64,000 nt of DNA from Vicinamibacteria bacterium (GTDB lineage Bacteria; Acidobacteriota; Vicinamibacteria; Marinacidobacterales; Marinacidobacteraceae): the NCBI GenBank assembly GCA_965199715.1, contig OZ241322.1:256001-320000 (forward strand), written 5' to 3'. Each line of letters starts with the position of its first letter. Position 1 is the stretch's first letter. The notes under the pieces are model-generated. The model saw nothing but the letters and a program-made list of their open reading frames with translations. It did no database searches and had not been told where the DNA came from. Of the stretch, positions 50,391-59,441 are shown piece after piece. A program made the position numbers and the translations under genes.

Positions 50391-52523
50391 ATGGGAGAAG
50401 CGATCACCGGCCGCGTCGTGGGCATGCATTGCGCCGGCTGCGTGGCGGGGGTCGAGCGTTCCGTAGGCGGCGTTCCGGGCGTGGCGGCGGCCAGCGCGAA
50501 CCTCGCGACTGGCGATCTCGCGGTCACGCTCGAGGGAGGGCGCACCGGGGACGGGGAGCTGCGAGCGACCCTCGCCGCCGCGGTCGAGTGCGCGGGCTAC
50601 CGGCTCGAGTGGCCCGAGGCGGAGGCCCCGCCGGACGCTCCGCCCGGCGTCCTGCTTCCGGCCGCCGGCCTCGCGCTCGCGTTGCTGACGATGGGGGCGG
50701 GGATGTCCGGAGCCGGCCTCCTCGTCCAGTTCCTCCTCGCCACGCCGGTGGTGCTGATCCTCGGCCGCATCCACCTCGTCGCGCTGGTCCGGGCGTTCCG
50801 GTACCGGGCGTTCGGCATGGAGAGCCTCATCGGCCTCGGCGCCGGGACCGCGTGGGCGGCCTCCACGACGAATCTCCTGGGCTTCGCCCCGCCGGACCTC
50901 ACGTTCTTCGACACCGCTGCGATGCTCGTCGCGATCGTGAACGTCGGGCGCTGGATCGAAGCGCGCGCCCGGGGACGGGCGTCGGACGCGCTGCGGAAGC
51001 TGCTCCTGCTCCAGCCGCGCACGGCGCGCCTCCTTGCGGACGGCGCGGAGGCGGAGACTCCCGTCGAGGCGGTGCGGGCGGGTCAGGTGATCGGGGTGCG
51101 CCCCGGAGAGCGCGTTCCCCTCGACGGGCGCATCGTCCGCGGCGGCGCCGCGCTCGACGAATCGGTGTTGACCGGCGAGAGCGCGCCGGTGGATCGCGGC
51201 GAGGGCGACCTCGTCGCGGCGGGGGCGCTGAACCGGAGCGGCTGGATCGAGCTGGAAGTCCTGCGCCCGGCGTCCGAGAGCGCGCTGCAGCGGATCGCCG
51301 CCGCGGTGAAGCAAGCGCAGGCCGAGAAGATCCCGCTCCAGCGCCTCGCCGACCGCGCGGCTTCGGTGTTCGTGCCCGCGGTCATGGCCATCGGCGCGCT
51401 CACTCTGCTGGGCTGGCTGGCTTCGGGCGCCGCCGGCGGCTTCGCGCTGGCGCGGGCGGTCGCGGTGGTGGTCGTGGCGTGTCCGTGCGCCGTCGGTCTC
51501 GCCGCCCCGATCGCGGTGCTCGTGGCGACCGGCGAGTCCGCCCGGCGGGGCGTGCTCTTTCGCAACGGCGCGGCGCTCGAGACGCTGGCGTCGGTGCGGG
51601 CGGTGGCCTTCGACAAGACCGGCACGGTGACCGAGGGCGAGCCCGAGGTACTGCGCGTCGTCGCCGGGGAAGGGGTCGGCGAGGAGCGGTTGTTGACGCT
51701 CGCGGCGTCGGCGGAATCGCGGTCCGAGCACCCGCTCGCGCTCGCGTTGATGCGCTACGCGAAGGATCGCGGGATCGATCCCGAGCCGCTGGAACGGTTC
51801 GAGGCGCTTCCCGGCCGCGGGGTCTTGGCCACGCTCGCGGACGGATCGGAAATCCTCGCGGGGAGCAACCGGGTCCTGCCCGGCTGGGATCCAGGGGACG
51901 GCGGCGAGGCCTCGGGGCGGCTGCATGTGTTCCGCGACGGAGCCTGGATCGGCTCGGTCGGATTCCGCGACCGCCCCCGGCCCGAGGCCGCGGAGGCGGT
52001 CCGGACGCTGCGCGAGCGGGGCCTCCACGTGTCGCTGCTGTCGGGGGACGCTCCGGGCGCCGTCGCCGCGATCGGGCGGGATCTCGGCTTCGACGAGGCT
52101 TCGGGGGGACTGCTTCCCGAGGAGAAGCGCAGCGCGCTGGACCGGATCCGCGAGCGCCGGGGCCCGGTCGCGATGGTCGGCGACGGGCTGAACGACGCCC
52201 CGGCGCTCGCCCACGCCGACGTCGGGATCGCGCTGTCGAGCGGGGCCGACGTGGCGCGGGCGGCGTCGGGAGTCACGCTGATGAAGGCCGACCTGCGCCT
52301 TGCGGGCGCGTCCATCGCGACCGCGCGCCGCGCCGTGCGGATCATCCGGCAGAACCTCGGCTGGGCGTTTGGATACAACCTCGCGGCGATCCCCTTGGCG
52401 GCGGGGGTGCTGCACCCGCTCACCGGCGTTCTCATCGCGCCGGAGGCCGCAGCGCTCGCGATGGTGCTGTCGTCGCTGTCGGTCGTGCTGAACGCGCTCC
52501 GGCTGCGGCGGAACCCGGCCTAG
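50391..52523 (+). CDS. copA: Cu(I)-translocating P1B-type ATPase
   Basis: N-terminal GMHCAGC, TGES, CPC, DKTGT, SEHP, GDGLND, YN and MxxSS. Confidence 0.9.
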   Translation: MGEAITGRVVGMHCAGCVAGVERSVGGVPGVAAASANLATGDLAVTLEGGRTGDGELRATLAAAVECAGYRLEWPEAEAPPDAPPGVLLPAAGLALALLTMGAGMSGAGLLVQFLLATPVVLILGRIHLVALVRAFRYRAFGMESLIGLGAGTAWAASTTNLLGFAPPDLTFFDTAAMLVAIVNVGRWIEARARGRASDALRKLLLLQPRTARLLADGAEAETPVEAVRAGQVIGVRPGERVPLDGRIVRGGAALDESVLTGESAPVDRGEGDLVAAGALNRSGWIELEVLRPASESALQRIAAAVKQAQAEKIPLQRLADRAASVFVPAVMAIGALTLLGWLASGAAGGFALARAVAVVVVACPCAVGLAAPIAVLVATGESARRGVLFRNGAALETLASVRAVAFDKTGTVTEGEPEVLRVVAGEGVGEERLLTLAASAESRSEHPLALALMRYAKDRGIDPEPLERFEALPGRGVLATLADGSEILAGSNRVLPGWDPGDGGEASGRLHVFRDGAWIGSVGFRDRPRPEAAEAVRTLRERGLHVSLLSGDAPGAVAAIGRDLGFDEASGGLLPEEKRSALDRIRERRGPVAMVGDGLNDAPALAHADVGIALSSGADVARAASGVTLMKADLRLAGASIATARRAVRIIRQNLGWAFGYNLAAIPLAAGVLHPLTGVLIAPEAAALAMVLSSLSVVLNALRLRRNPA

Positions 52524-55366
52524 CCGGCTCGGGGACGCCGTCCGGAGAAGCGCCGCCGCCGGGGCGGGGGCCGCTCGGGTTCCGGCTTGGGGGCGCGCGC
52601 GACGATCTCCTCGACCCGCTTGCGCAGGATGTCCAGGGCGTCGCGCGCCGACGGAGCCAGCGCCGGGCCCGCCGCCCGCGCCCGGCGCAACAGCCGAGTC
52701 GCCTTGTCCGCCGCCTCGCGCGCGGTGGCGTCGCGGTCGTGGGCCCCGCCCTCGGCGAGCGCTCGCTTCAAGTGGTCCGCCATCGCCCGGACGCCGTTTC
52801 CGTCCCTGCCGAACTTCCGCACCGGCGCGAGCGTCTCGAGCGAGTCTCCGATCTCGGCCAGCTTCGCCTCGAGCCGGGCCTGGTCCAGCGGTCCGCCGTC
52901 GAAGGTCTCCGCCGCCTCGTCGAACGCTTCGCCGAGAAGCGTCAACAGCCGGTCGCGCGCCGCTCCGGCGTCGGGCGATTCGAGCCCGAGAACGCGGCGG
53001 TAGGCGGGCCAGATCTCGACGCCGGCGGCGGCCCGGTCGGAGGCGGGAAGCCCGCCGAGCGCCGCGACCGCTTCCTCGAAGGAGGCGAGGGCGTCGCGAT
53101 CCGCGTCCTCGAGCGGCTCCGGCGGAGGGGGCCGGTCGCGGGCGCCGTCGCAGGCGTCGCGGAATCGATTCCACATCGGCTCCACGTGCTTGCGGGGAAC
53201 CTGCGCGGACGCCTTCCAGCGCGCCATGAGGTCGCGGACCGCGTCGCGCACCTCGCTCGGATTGGCCTTCGCGGCGAGCGCCTCGGCTGCCCCGATGAGC
53301 GTCTCGCGGGCGGCGATGGCCTCGGCGAACCCGGCCTCGCGCTCCTTGCGCGACGCCTTCCAACCGGCGAAGAACTCGTCGTTCGCCTTGCGGAACCGGC
53401 GGTACACGGGCTCGGAGCGCTTCCCGCAGCCCTTGGCGTTCTCGCGGAACGCCGGCATCAGGTCGCGCATCTCGCCCACGCGGGCGAAATCGCCCGCGGC
53501 GGCGATCTCCTCGGCGGTCTCGGCGAGCTTCTCGAGCGCCGCGAGCTTCCCTTCGAGATCCTTCGCGGCCTGCGCGCGCAGCGGGGCGACGCGCTCGAGG
53601 AGGCGCTCCCGCGCCTCGGTCCACCGATTCCAGAGCTCCTGACCGCGCTCGGGATGGGCCTTGCGCACTGCCCTCCATGAATTCTCCAGCGTGCGCAACT
53701 CCCGATCCACGCGGGCGAGATCCTCGACCTCGACGAGCGCTTCGGCGGACTCGATGAGCTCCGCCTGCGAGCCGAGGTTGGACCACCGCTGCCAGTCGAG
53801 CAGCTCCCGCGCCTCCCGAACCCGGGGGAGGAGCGCGCTGCGGCGGCGGTCGAGCCGCGCGCGGCGGTCCGGAGCGACCCGCTTCCAGAAGCCGCCGTCC
53901 GCCCGCGCGGCGGCGAGGTCGCGCAGCGCCCCCTCGGCTTCGTCCAGCGAAAGCGGGTCGGCTTCGGCGAGCGACTCGAAGCGCTTCTCCAAGGCCTCGA
54001 TCCGTTCGCGCGCCGCCGCGACCCGGCTCTCGCGGGACGCCTTCGCCGCCGCGGCCAGCTCGCGGGCGCGCGCGGCGGCCTGCTGGATGCGTTCGCCGTC
54101 GACGGAATTGCGAAGCTCCTCGGGCGCGGACGCGAAACGCGACTCGACGTGGGCGAGCTCGCGGCCCGACGGCGGTGGACCGTTCCGGTCCTCGGACTCG
54201 AACGCCTTCACGAGAGCCTCAGCCCGATCCACGAGCTCGCCGAATTCGTAGGCGACGACCTTCCGCCGCTTGCGTTCGCGGGCGGCGTCGCGTGCCTTTC
54301 CGGCCGCGGTCCGCAGGCGCTCGAACCAGGGACCGGCGCCGCGCTTTCCCTCGAGTGCGCGTCGCGCGTCCCGCTCGATGGCCGCGATCCGGTCCAGCAG
54401 CAGCGAGTCGGTCCCGGCCTCGAGCTCCTCGAGCAGCGCGTCCGCCTCGGGGAACTCCGGGGGCCGGGGGGCGACCGGAGCGGCGACCGCGGGCCGCTCG
54501 ACTTCGAGACGGCGGCTCGGCGCCCGCGATTCCCTCGCGGCGGCCGCGGCCTCGCGCCGCTGGCGCAGCAGCGCCTCGGCGGCTTCCGAGACCGGCCCCT
54601 CGGCGGCGAGCGCCTCGGCGCTCGGGAGATCCGTGCCGTTCGCGTCGCCGACGAGCGCGAGAACCTGACGGGTTCGCTCCTCCACCCGGTAGGGGTGGTC
54701 CGCGGGAAGCCGCGCCTCGGCCCGCCGCCGGGCGAGGCGGCGCACCTGCGGCGCGGCGTTGCCCTGGGCCACGGCGAGGAGACGGTCGGGGTCGTCGAGC
54801 CGGCGCACGGCCGCCTGGCCGGCTTCGAGCGCACCCGGCGCCGAGGCGACCTGCACGAGCGCGTCCTCCGACGTGACCGCGGCGAGCGCCCGGCGGCGGG
54901 CCTCGGGGTCGCGGGCGCGTCCGGCGACCCGCGCGAGCGCCGGATCGCGGGTCGAACCGTTGGCGGTCATCGCGAGCAGGCGCTCCAGCGCCTCGTCGCG
55001 CAGCTCCCGGAAGTGCGCGCGGACCGCCACGTCCGCCACGCGAAGCGGCGGCTCGAGCAGCGCGAGCGCCCGGCGGGATTCGGCCAGATCGCGCTTGTCG
55101 GCGGCGATCGTAGTCAGAAGCGACTCGGCCCGGCCCCGCGCCAGGGCGCGCTCCTCGTCGTCCCGGGCGGTCTCGACGAGCTCGAGCAGCGCCCGCGGCA
55201 GCTCGATCCGCCGGATGGCCTCCCGGCGCACGCGGGGATCCGCGTCCTCCTTCGCGCGTTCCACCAGCGGGCCGACGTCGGTCGCCGGATGGCGGTGAAT
55301 GGCGCGGATTCGGGCCTCGGGATCCCGGCTCCGAAGGGGAGAGGAAAAGCGGTCGAGTACGGACAT
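52520..55366 (-). CDS. Large DUF349-like coiled-coil protein with N-terminal HEAT-like repeats
   Basis: DPRVRREA-type repeats; C-terminal repeats LWNRW, YRRFRKANDEFF and MWNRFRDACD. Confidence 0.75.
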   Translation of the reverse strand: MSVLDRFSSPLRSRDPEARIRAIHRHPATDVGPLVERAKEDADPRVRREAIRRIELPRALLELVETARDDEERALARGRAESLLTTIAADKRDLAESRRALALLEPPLRVADVAVRAHFRELRDEALERLLAMTANGSTRDPALARVAGRARDPEARRRALAAVTSEDALVQVASAPGALEAGQAAVRRLDDPDRLLAVAQGNAAPQVRRLARRRAEARLPADHPYRVEERTRQVLALVGDANGTDLPSAEALAAEGPVSEAAEALLRQRREAAAAARESRAPSRRLEVERPAVAAPVAPRPPEFPEADALLEELEAGTDSLLLDRIAAIERDARRALEGKRGAGPWFERLRTAAGKARDAARERKRRKVVAYEFGELVDRAEALVKAFESEDRNGPPPSGRELAHVESRFASAPEELRNSVDGERIQQAAARARELAAAAKASRESRVAAARERIEALEKRFESLAEADPLSLDEAEGALRDLAAARADGGFWKRVAPDRRARLDRRRSALLPRVREARELLDWQRWSNLGSQAELIESAEALVEVEDLARVDRELRTLENSWRAVRKAHPERGQELWNRWTEARERLLERVAPLRAQAAKDLEGKLAALEKLAETAEEIAAAGDFARVGEMRDLMPAFRENAKGCGKRSEPVYRRFRKANDEFFAGWKASRKEREAGFAEAIAARETLIGAAEALAAKANPSEVRDAVRDLMARWKASAQVPRKHVEPMWNRFRDACDGARDRPPPPEPLEDADRDALASFEEAVAALGGLPASDRAAAGVEIWPAYRRVLGLESPDAGAARDRLLTLLGEAFDEAAETFDGGPLDQARLEAKLAEIGDSLETLAPVRKFGRDGNGVRAMADHLKRALAEGGAHDRDATAREAADKATRLLRRARAAGPALAPSARDALDILRKRVEEIVARAPKPEPERPPPRRRRFSGRRPRAG

Positions 55367-55400
55367 GCTCCGGCGCGCGCGAAACTATAGCCTTCACCGC
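55367..55400. promoter_or_regulatory. Overlapping divergent -10 boxes
   Basis: Minus TATAGT at 55384-55389 overlaps plus TAGCCT at 55388-55393. Confidence 0.5.
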
Positions 55401-56573
55401 GTGCCGCCTCAGGCGGGCTCGTCCTCGGCCCGATTCCGCAACGCGGCGCTCGGGTCGCTGCTGGCGCTGGGCCTGCTGGACCAGCAGATCCTGACGCCGC
55501 TGATCGCCGCGCTGGCGCGGGGCCTCGACGCGGCCATCCCGGACGTCGGGTTCGCGATTTCGGCCTACGCGGTCGCCGCGGCGGCCGCGCAGCTCGTGAT
55601 CGGCCCGCTGTCGGACGGGAGCGGGCGGCGCCCGTGGCTGCTTGGGGCCGCCGGTCTCATGCTGGCGTCGGCGTTCGTGATTTCCACGGTGTCCGGGTAC
55701 GCGTGGTTTCTCGCCGCTCGCATCGGCGCCGGGGCCGCTGGCGGTGCGATCTCGGCGCTCGCGGTGGCGTGGGTGGCCGACGTGACCCCCTACGCCCGGC
55801 GGGGCCGCGTCATGGGGGCGATCCTCGGCGGGGCGATGGGCGTCGCCGCACTCGGACAGGTTCTCGGCGCCCGCGCGGCCACGAACGGCCACCAGCCGGT
55901 CTGGGGCGGACTCGCCGTGTTCGCGCTCCTCGTCCTCGGCGCGCTCTGGCGGCTGTCGGAGCCGCGGCGGGAACGCAACGGGGAGTCGCTGCGCGAACGG
56001 TTCCGCGGCTACGCGGCGTTCCTGCGGGCGCCGGGTCTGCGCGCCGCCGCGGGCGCCTCGTTCTTCGCGTCGGGAGGGGTCGTCGGGACCATGGCCTACG
56101 CGTCGGGCTGGATGCAGGAGACCCGGGGGTTCTCGCTCGCTTCCATGGGGCTTCTCTACGGCGTGTTCGGAGTCGTCATCCTGTTGACGCAACCCGTCGC
56201 CGGGCGGATCGCCGACCGGTTCGGCAAGCGCCGCGCCACCGTCGCGTCGTCGAGCCTCCTCGGATTCATGACGCTGCTGCTTCCGGCGGCGGGCGGGGCC
56301 GGGCTCGTCGTCCTCGTGCTCGCGTTCGGCAGCGTGAGCGTGGCCCGCATCTCCGCCTTCGCGGCGCTGCGAACCGGCCTCGTCCCGGGTTCCCGCCGGG
56401 CCGCGTTTCTCGCGTTCTCGAACACGCTCTCCCAACTGGGGATCGCCGCGGGAGCCGGTCTGGGAGGCGCGCTGCACCCCTACGGGTTCGACGTGACGTG
56501 CGTCGCGATGGCGGGGTTCGCGGCGATCGCCGCGCTTCTCCTCGCCCGAGTCCCCGAGCCGGGCGCCGCATGA
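55401..56573 (+). CDS. MFS transporter
   Basis: GPLSDGSGRR and GRIADRFGKR motif A; about 12 TMs. Confidence 0.9.
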   Translation: MPPQAGSSSARFRNAALGSLLALGLLDQQILTPLIAALARGLDAAIPDVGFAISAYAVAAAAAQLVIGPLSDGSGRRPWLLGAAGLMLASAFVISTVSGYAWFLAARIGAGAAGGAISALAVAWVADVTPYARRGRVMGAILGGAMGVAALGQVLGARAATNGHQPVWGGLAVFALLVLGALWRLSEPRRERNGESLRERFRGYAAFLRAPGLRAAAGASFFASGGVVGTMAYASGWMQETRGFSLASMGLLYGVFGVVILLTQPVAGRIADRFGKRRATVASSSLLGFMTLLLPAAGGAGLVVLVLAFGSVSVARISAFAALRTGLVPGSRRAAFLAFSNTLSQLGIAAGAGLGGALHPYGFDVTCVAMAGFAAIAALLLARVPEPGAA

Positions 56574-57484
56574 GTCAGAAGCGCGTCCTCCGCATCCTCG
56601 GCGCGGGGGCGGTGCTCGCGCTGCTCGCAGCGCTGTCGCTGCCGGTCGGGATCGGAGCGCTTCTCGCCACCCGCGCCGGCACGAGGCCCCAGGACCGCGA
56701 CCTGCGGACGACGCCCTTCGATCACGGGCGCTCCTTCCGGACGGTGTTCCTCGACACCCGCGACGGGGTCCGGGTCGCCGCGTGGCTGATCCGGGCGGCG
56801 GGGCCGGGCGACTGCGCGGTGGTGCTCTCCCACGGCCTGTTCCGCTCGCGGCGCGAGGTCCTCGACCGCGCCGCGTGGCTTTCGGGCGCGGGTTGCGAGG
56901 TCGTGACCCCGGACCTGCGCAAGCACGGGGGCACCGTGGGCGGAAGCACCACGCTCGGCGACCGGGAGCGCTACGACGTGCTCGCCGCGCACGACTTTCT
57001 CGCCCGCGAGTTTCCCCGCTCCCGCCGCTTCCTGATGGGGGTCTCCATGGGCGGCGCCGCCTCGGTCGCCGCCGCCTCGCTGGCCGCGCCGCCGCCCGCC
57101 GGCGTGGTGGCGGACAGCACCTTCCGCAACGCCCCGAACGTCATGGACCAGTACGCGCGGGTGTTCTTCGGGCTGCCCTCGTTTCCGGCCACGAACCTCG
57201 CTCGGCTCGGGATGCGGCTCGCGGGCGGGCACTCGCCCAGCGCGTTCGACGTCGAGGCGCTCTCGCGGGAACTCGGGGAGCGGGGAATCCCGATCCTGGT
57301 CCTCGCGGGGACGGAGGACCGGCGCGCCCCGATCGCCGAGCAGGAAGCTATCTTTCGCGCCAATTCCTCCGCCCGGAGCCGCTTCCTCCCGGTCGCGGGG
57401 GCCGCGCACGGCCGGCCCTGTTTCGCGGCGCCGGTTCGCTGCCGGGCCGCGCTCGCGGACTTTCTGGATCTCGCCACTCAATGA
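56570..57484 (+). CDS. Membrane-anchored alpha/beta hydrolase
   Basis: SHG, DLRKHG, GVSMGG nucleophile elbow, GTED and AAH. Confidence 0.88.
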   Translation: MSQKRVLRILGAGAVLALLAALSLPVGIGALLATRAGTRPQDRDLRTTPFDHGRSFRTVFLDTRDGVRVAAWLIRAAGPGDCAVVLSHGLFRSRREVLDRAAWLSGAGCEVVTPDLRKHGGTVGGSTTLGDRERYDVLAAHDFLAREFPRSRRFLMGVSMGGAASVAAASLAAPPPAGVVADSTFRNAPNVMDQYARVFFGLPSFPATNLARLGMRLAGGHSPSAFDVEALSRELGERGIPILVLAGTEDRRAPIAEQEAIFRANSSARSRFLPVAGAAHGRPCFAAPVRCRAALADFLDLATQ

Positions 57485-58908
57485 ACAGCCATTCCCCAGA
57501 CACCAATCTCGAGCAGAGCGTCGCGAGGCAGGTCCGGCGGGCCGCCGCCGCGCTGAAGCTCCCCCGCGGGCTGCTCGACCAGATCCGCCTCACCGACAAC
57601 GTCCTGCTCACCCGGTTCCCGGTCCGGTTCGGGGACAAGGTCGAGGTGTTCACCGGCTGGCGGGCCGAACACAGCCACCACCGGCACCCGCTCAAGGGCG
57701 GCATCCGGTTCAGCCCGCTCGTCGATCAGCAGGAGATCAGCGCGCTCGCGGCGCTCATGACCTTCAAGTGCGCGATCGTGAACGTGCCGTTCGGCGGGTC
57801 CAAGGGCGGGATCGCCTTCGAGCCGCGCAACTACAGCGCCGAGCAGATCGAGAAGATCACCCGGCGGTACACCGCCGAGCTGATACGCAAGAACTTCATC
57901 GGGCCGGGAGTCAACGTGCCGGCGCCCGACCTCGGCACCGGCTCCCGCGAGATGGCGTGGATCGCCGACACCTACGACGCGATGCATCCCGGGCAGGTGG
58001 ACAACTTCGCCTGCGTCACCGGAAAGCCGGTGACCCAGGGCGGCATCCGGGGCAGGGAGGACGCCACCGGGCGGGGGGTCATCATGGGCGTGAGTCGGGC
58101 GCTCGACTTCCCCGGCGACTTCCGCTCGTCGGGCCTCACCCGCGGTCTCGAGGGAAAACGGCTCGCGATCCAGGGGTTCGGCAACGTGGGGTTCCACACC
58201 GCGGACATCGGGATCCGCCGGGGCGCGGTCGTGACCGCGGTAGGCGAGTGGGACGCGACCGTCGCGAGCCGCCGGCCCGAGGGCCTCGCGCCGCGGGACC
58301 TGTTCGAGTGGAAGCGTCAGCATGGAACCATTCGGGGGTTCCCCGGAGCGGACGAGGAACTGCCTCCGGGAGCGATCCTCGAACACCCCTGCGACGTGCT
58401 GATTCCGGCCGCGATCGAGAACGTGATCACCTCGGAGACCGCCCCGAGGGTGCAAGCGCGGCTCATCGCCGAAGCCGCGAACGGCCCGACGACTCCCGAG
58501 GGGGGCGCGGTGCTGCGCGAACGCGGCATTCCGGTGATCCCCGACGTGTACCTGAACGCGGGCGGAGTGATCGTGTCCTATTTCGAGTGGGCGCGGAACC
58601 TCTCGCACATGCGCTTCGGCCTCATGGAGAAGCGCCTCGAGATCGCGAACACCGACGCGCTGCTGCGCGCCGCCGAGACGCTGGCGGGGCGGGAGCTGAG
58701 CGACCGCGACCGCCGCGACCTGCTCATCCGGTCGGATGAGCGGGAACTCGTGGTCAGCGGCCTGGAGGAGAAGATGTTCCACGCCTGGGACGAAATCCGC
58801 GAGGCGCGCGGGCGGCTTCCAGAGTCCGGAGACCTTCGGCAGGCGGCGTTCGTCGTCGCCGCGGACAAGATCCGGCGCAGCTACGAGGAGCTGGGCATCT
58901 TCCCCTGA
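57481..58908 (+). CDS. gdhA: Glutamate dehydrogenase (Glu/Leu/Phe/Val family), animal-like subtype
   Basis: KGGIRF, MTFKCA, GGSKGG, VPAPD, QGFGNVG, EAANGP and NAGGV..SYFEW. Confidence 0.93.
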   Translation: MNSHSPDTNLEQSVARQVRRAAAALKLPRGLLDQIRLTDNVLLTRFPVRFGDKVEVFTGWRAEHSHHRHPLKGGIRFSPLVDQQEISALAALMTFKCAIVNVPFGGSKGGIAFEPRNYSAEQIEKITRRYTAELIRKNFIGPGVNVPAPDLGTGSREMAWIADTYDAMHPGQVDNFACVTGKPVTQGGIRGREDATGRGVIMGVSRALDFPGDFRSSGLTRGLEGKRLAIQGFGNVGFHTADIGIRRGAVVTAVGEWDATVASRRPEGLAPRDLFEWKRQHGTIRGFPGADEELPPGAILEHPCDVLIPAAIENVITSETAPRVQARLIAEAANGPTTPEGGAVLRERGIPVIPDVYLNAGGVIVSYFEWARNLSHMRFGLMEKRLEIANTDALLRAAETLAGRELSDRDRRDLLIRSDERELVVSGLEEKMFHAWDEIREARGRLPESGDLRQAAFVVAADKIRRSYEELGIFP

Positions 58909-59441
58909 TGACGATCGCGAACCAGCTCACGCTGCTGCGGCTGCTCCTCGCCCCGGTGGTGGTGATGTGCATCGTGTACGGGCGCTTCGGCTGGGCCATC
59001 GCGGCCTTCGTCCTCGCCGGCGTGACCGACGCCCTGGACGGGGGCCTGGCCCGCCGGCGCAACGAGCGCAGCCGCCTCGGGGCGGTGCTGGACCCGGTGG
59101 CCGACAAGGCGCTCATCGCCTCGGCGGTGGTGACGCTCTCGCTGGAGCTTCCCGGACTCGACATCCGGCTCCCGGCGTGGCTCGCCATCATGGTGCTGGC
59201 TCGCGACGCGACGATCCTGATCGTGGCCGCGTCGTACAACCTCGCCATCGGGCCGCGGGACTTCACGCCGAGCCGCCTCGGGAAGGGGACGACCGTCGCC
59301 TACGTGGCCGGAGTTCTCTGGATCCTCGTCGCCAACTACGCGGGGATCGTCCACCCGCTCACGACCGCGCTCATTGCGCTCATGGCCGCCGGCACCGTGA
59401 TCACGTCGGTGCAGTACCTGTGGAGGATCCGCGACCTCTGA
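58908..59441 (+). CDS. CDP-alcohol phosphatidyltransferase family protein
   Basis: ANQLTLLR and DALDGGLARR...G..LDPVADK. Confidence 0.88.
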   Translation: MTIANQLTLLRLLLAPVVVMCIVYGRFGWAIAAFVLAGVTDALDGGLARRRNERSRLGAVLDPVADKALIASAVVTLSLELPGLDIRLPAWLAIMVLARDATILIVAASYNLAIGPRDFTPSRLGKGTTVAYVAGVLWILVANYAGIVHPLTTALIALMAAGTVITSVQYLWRIRDL

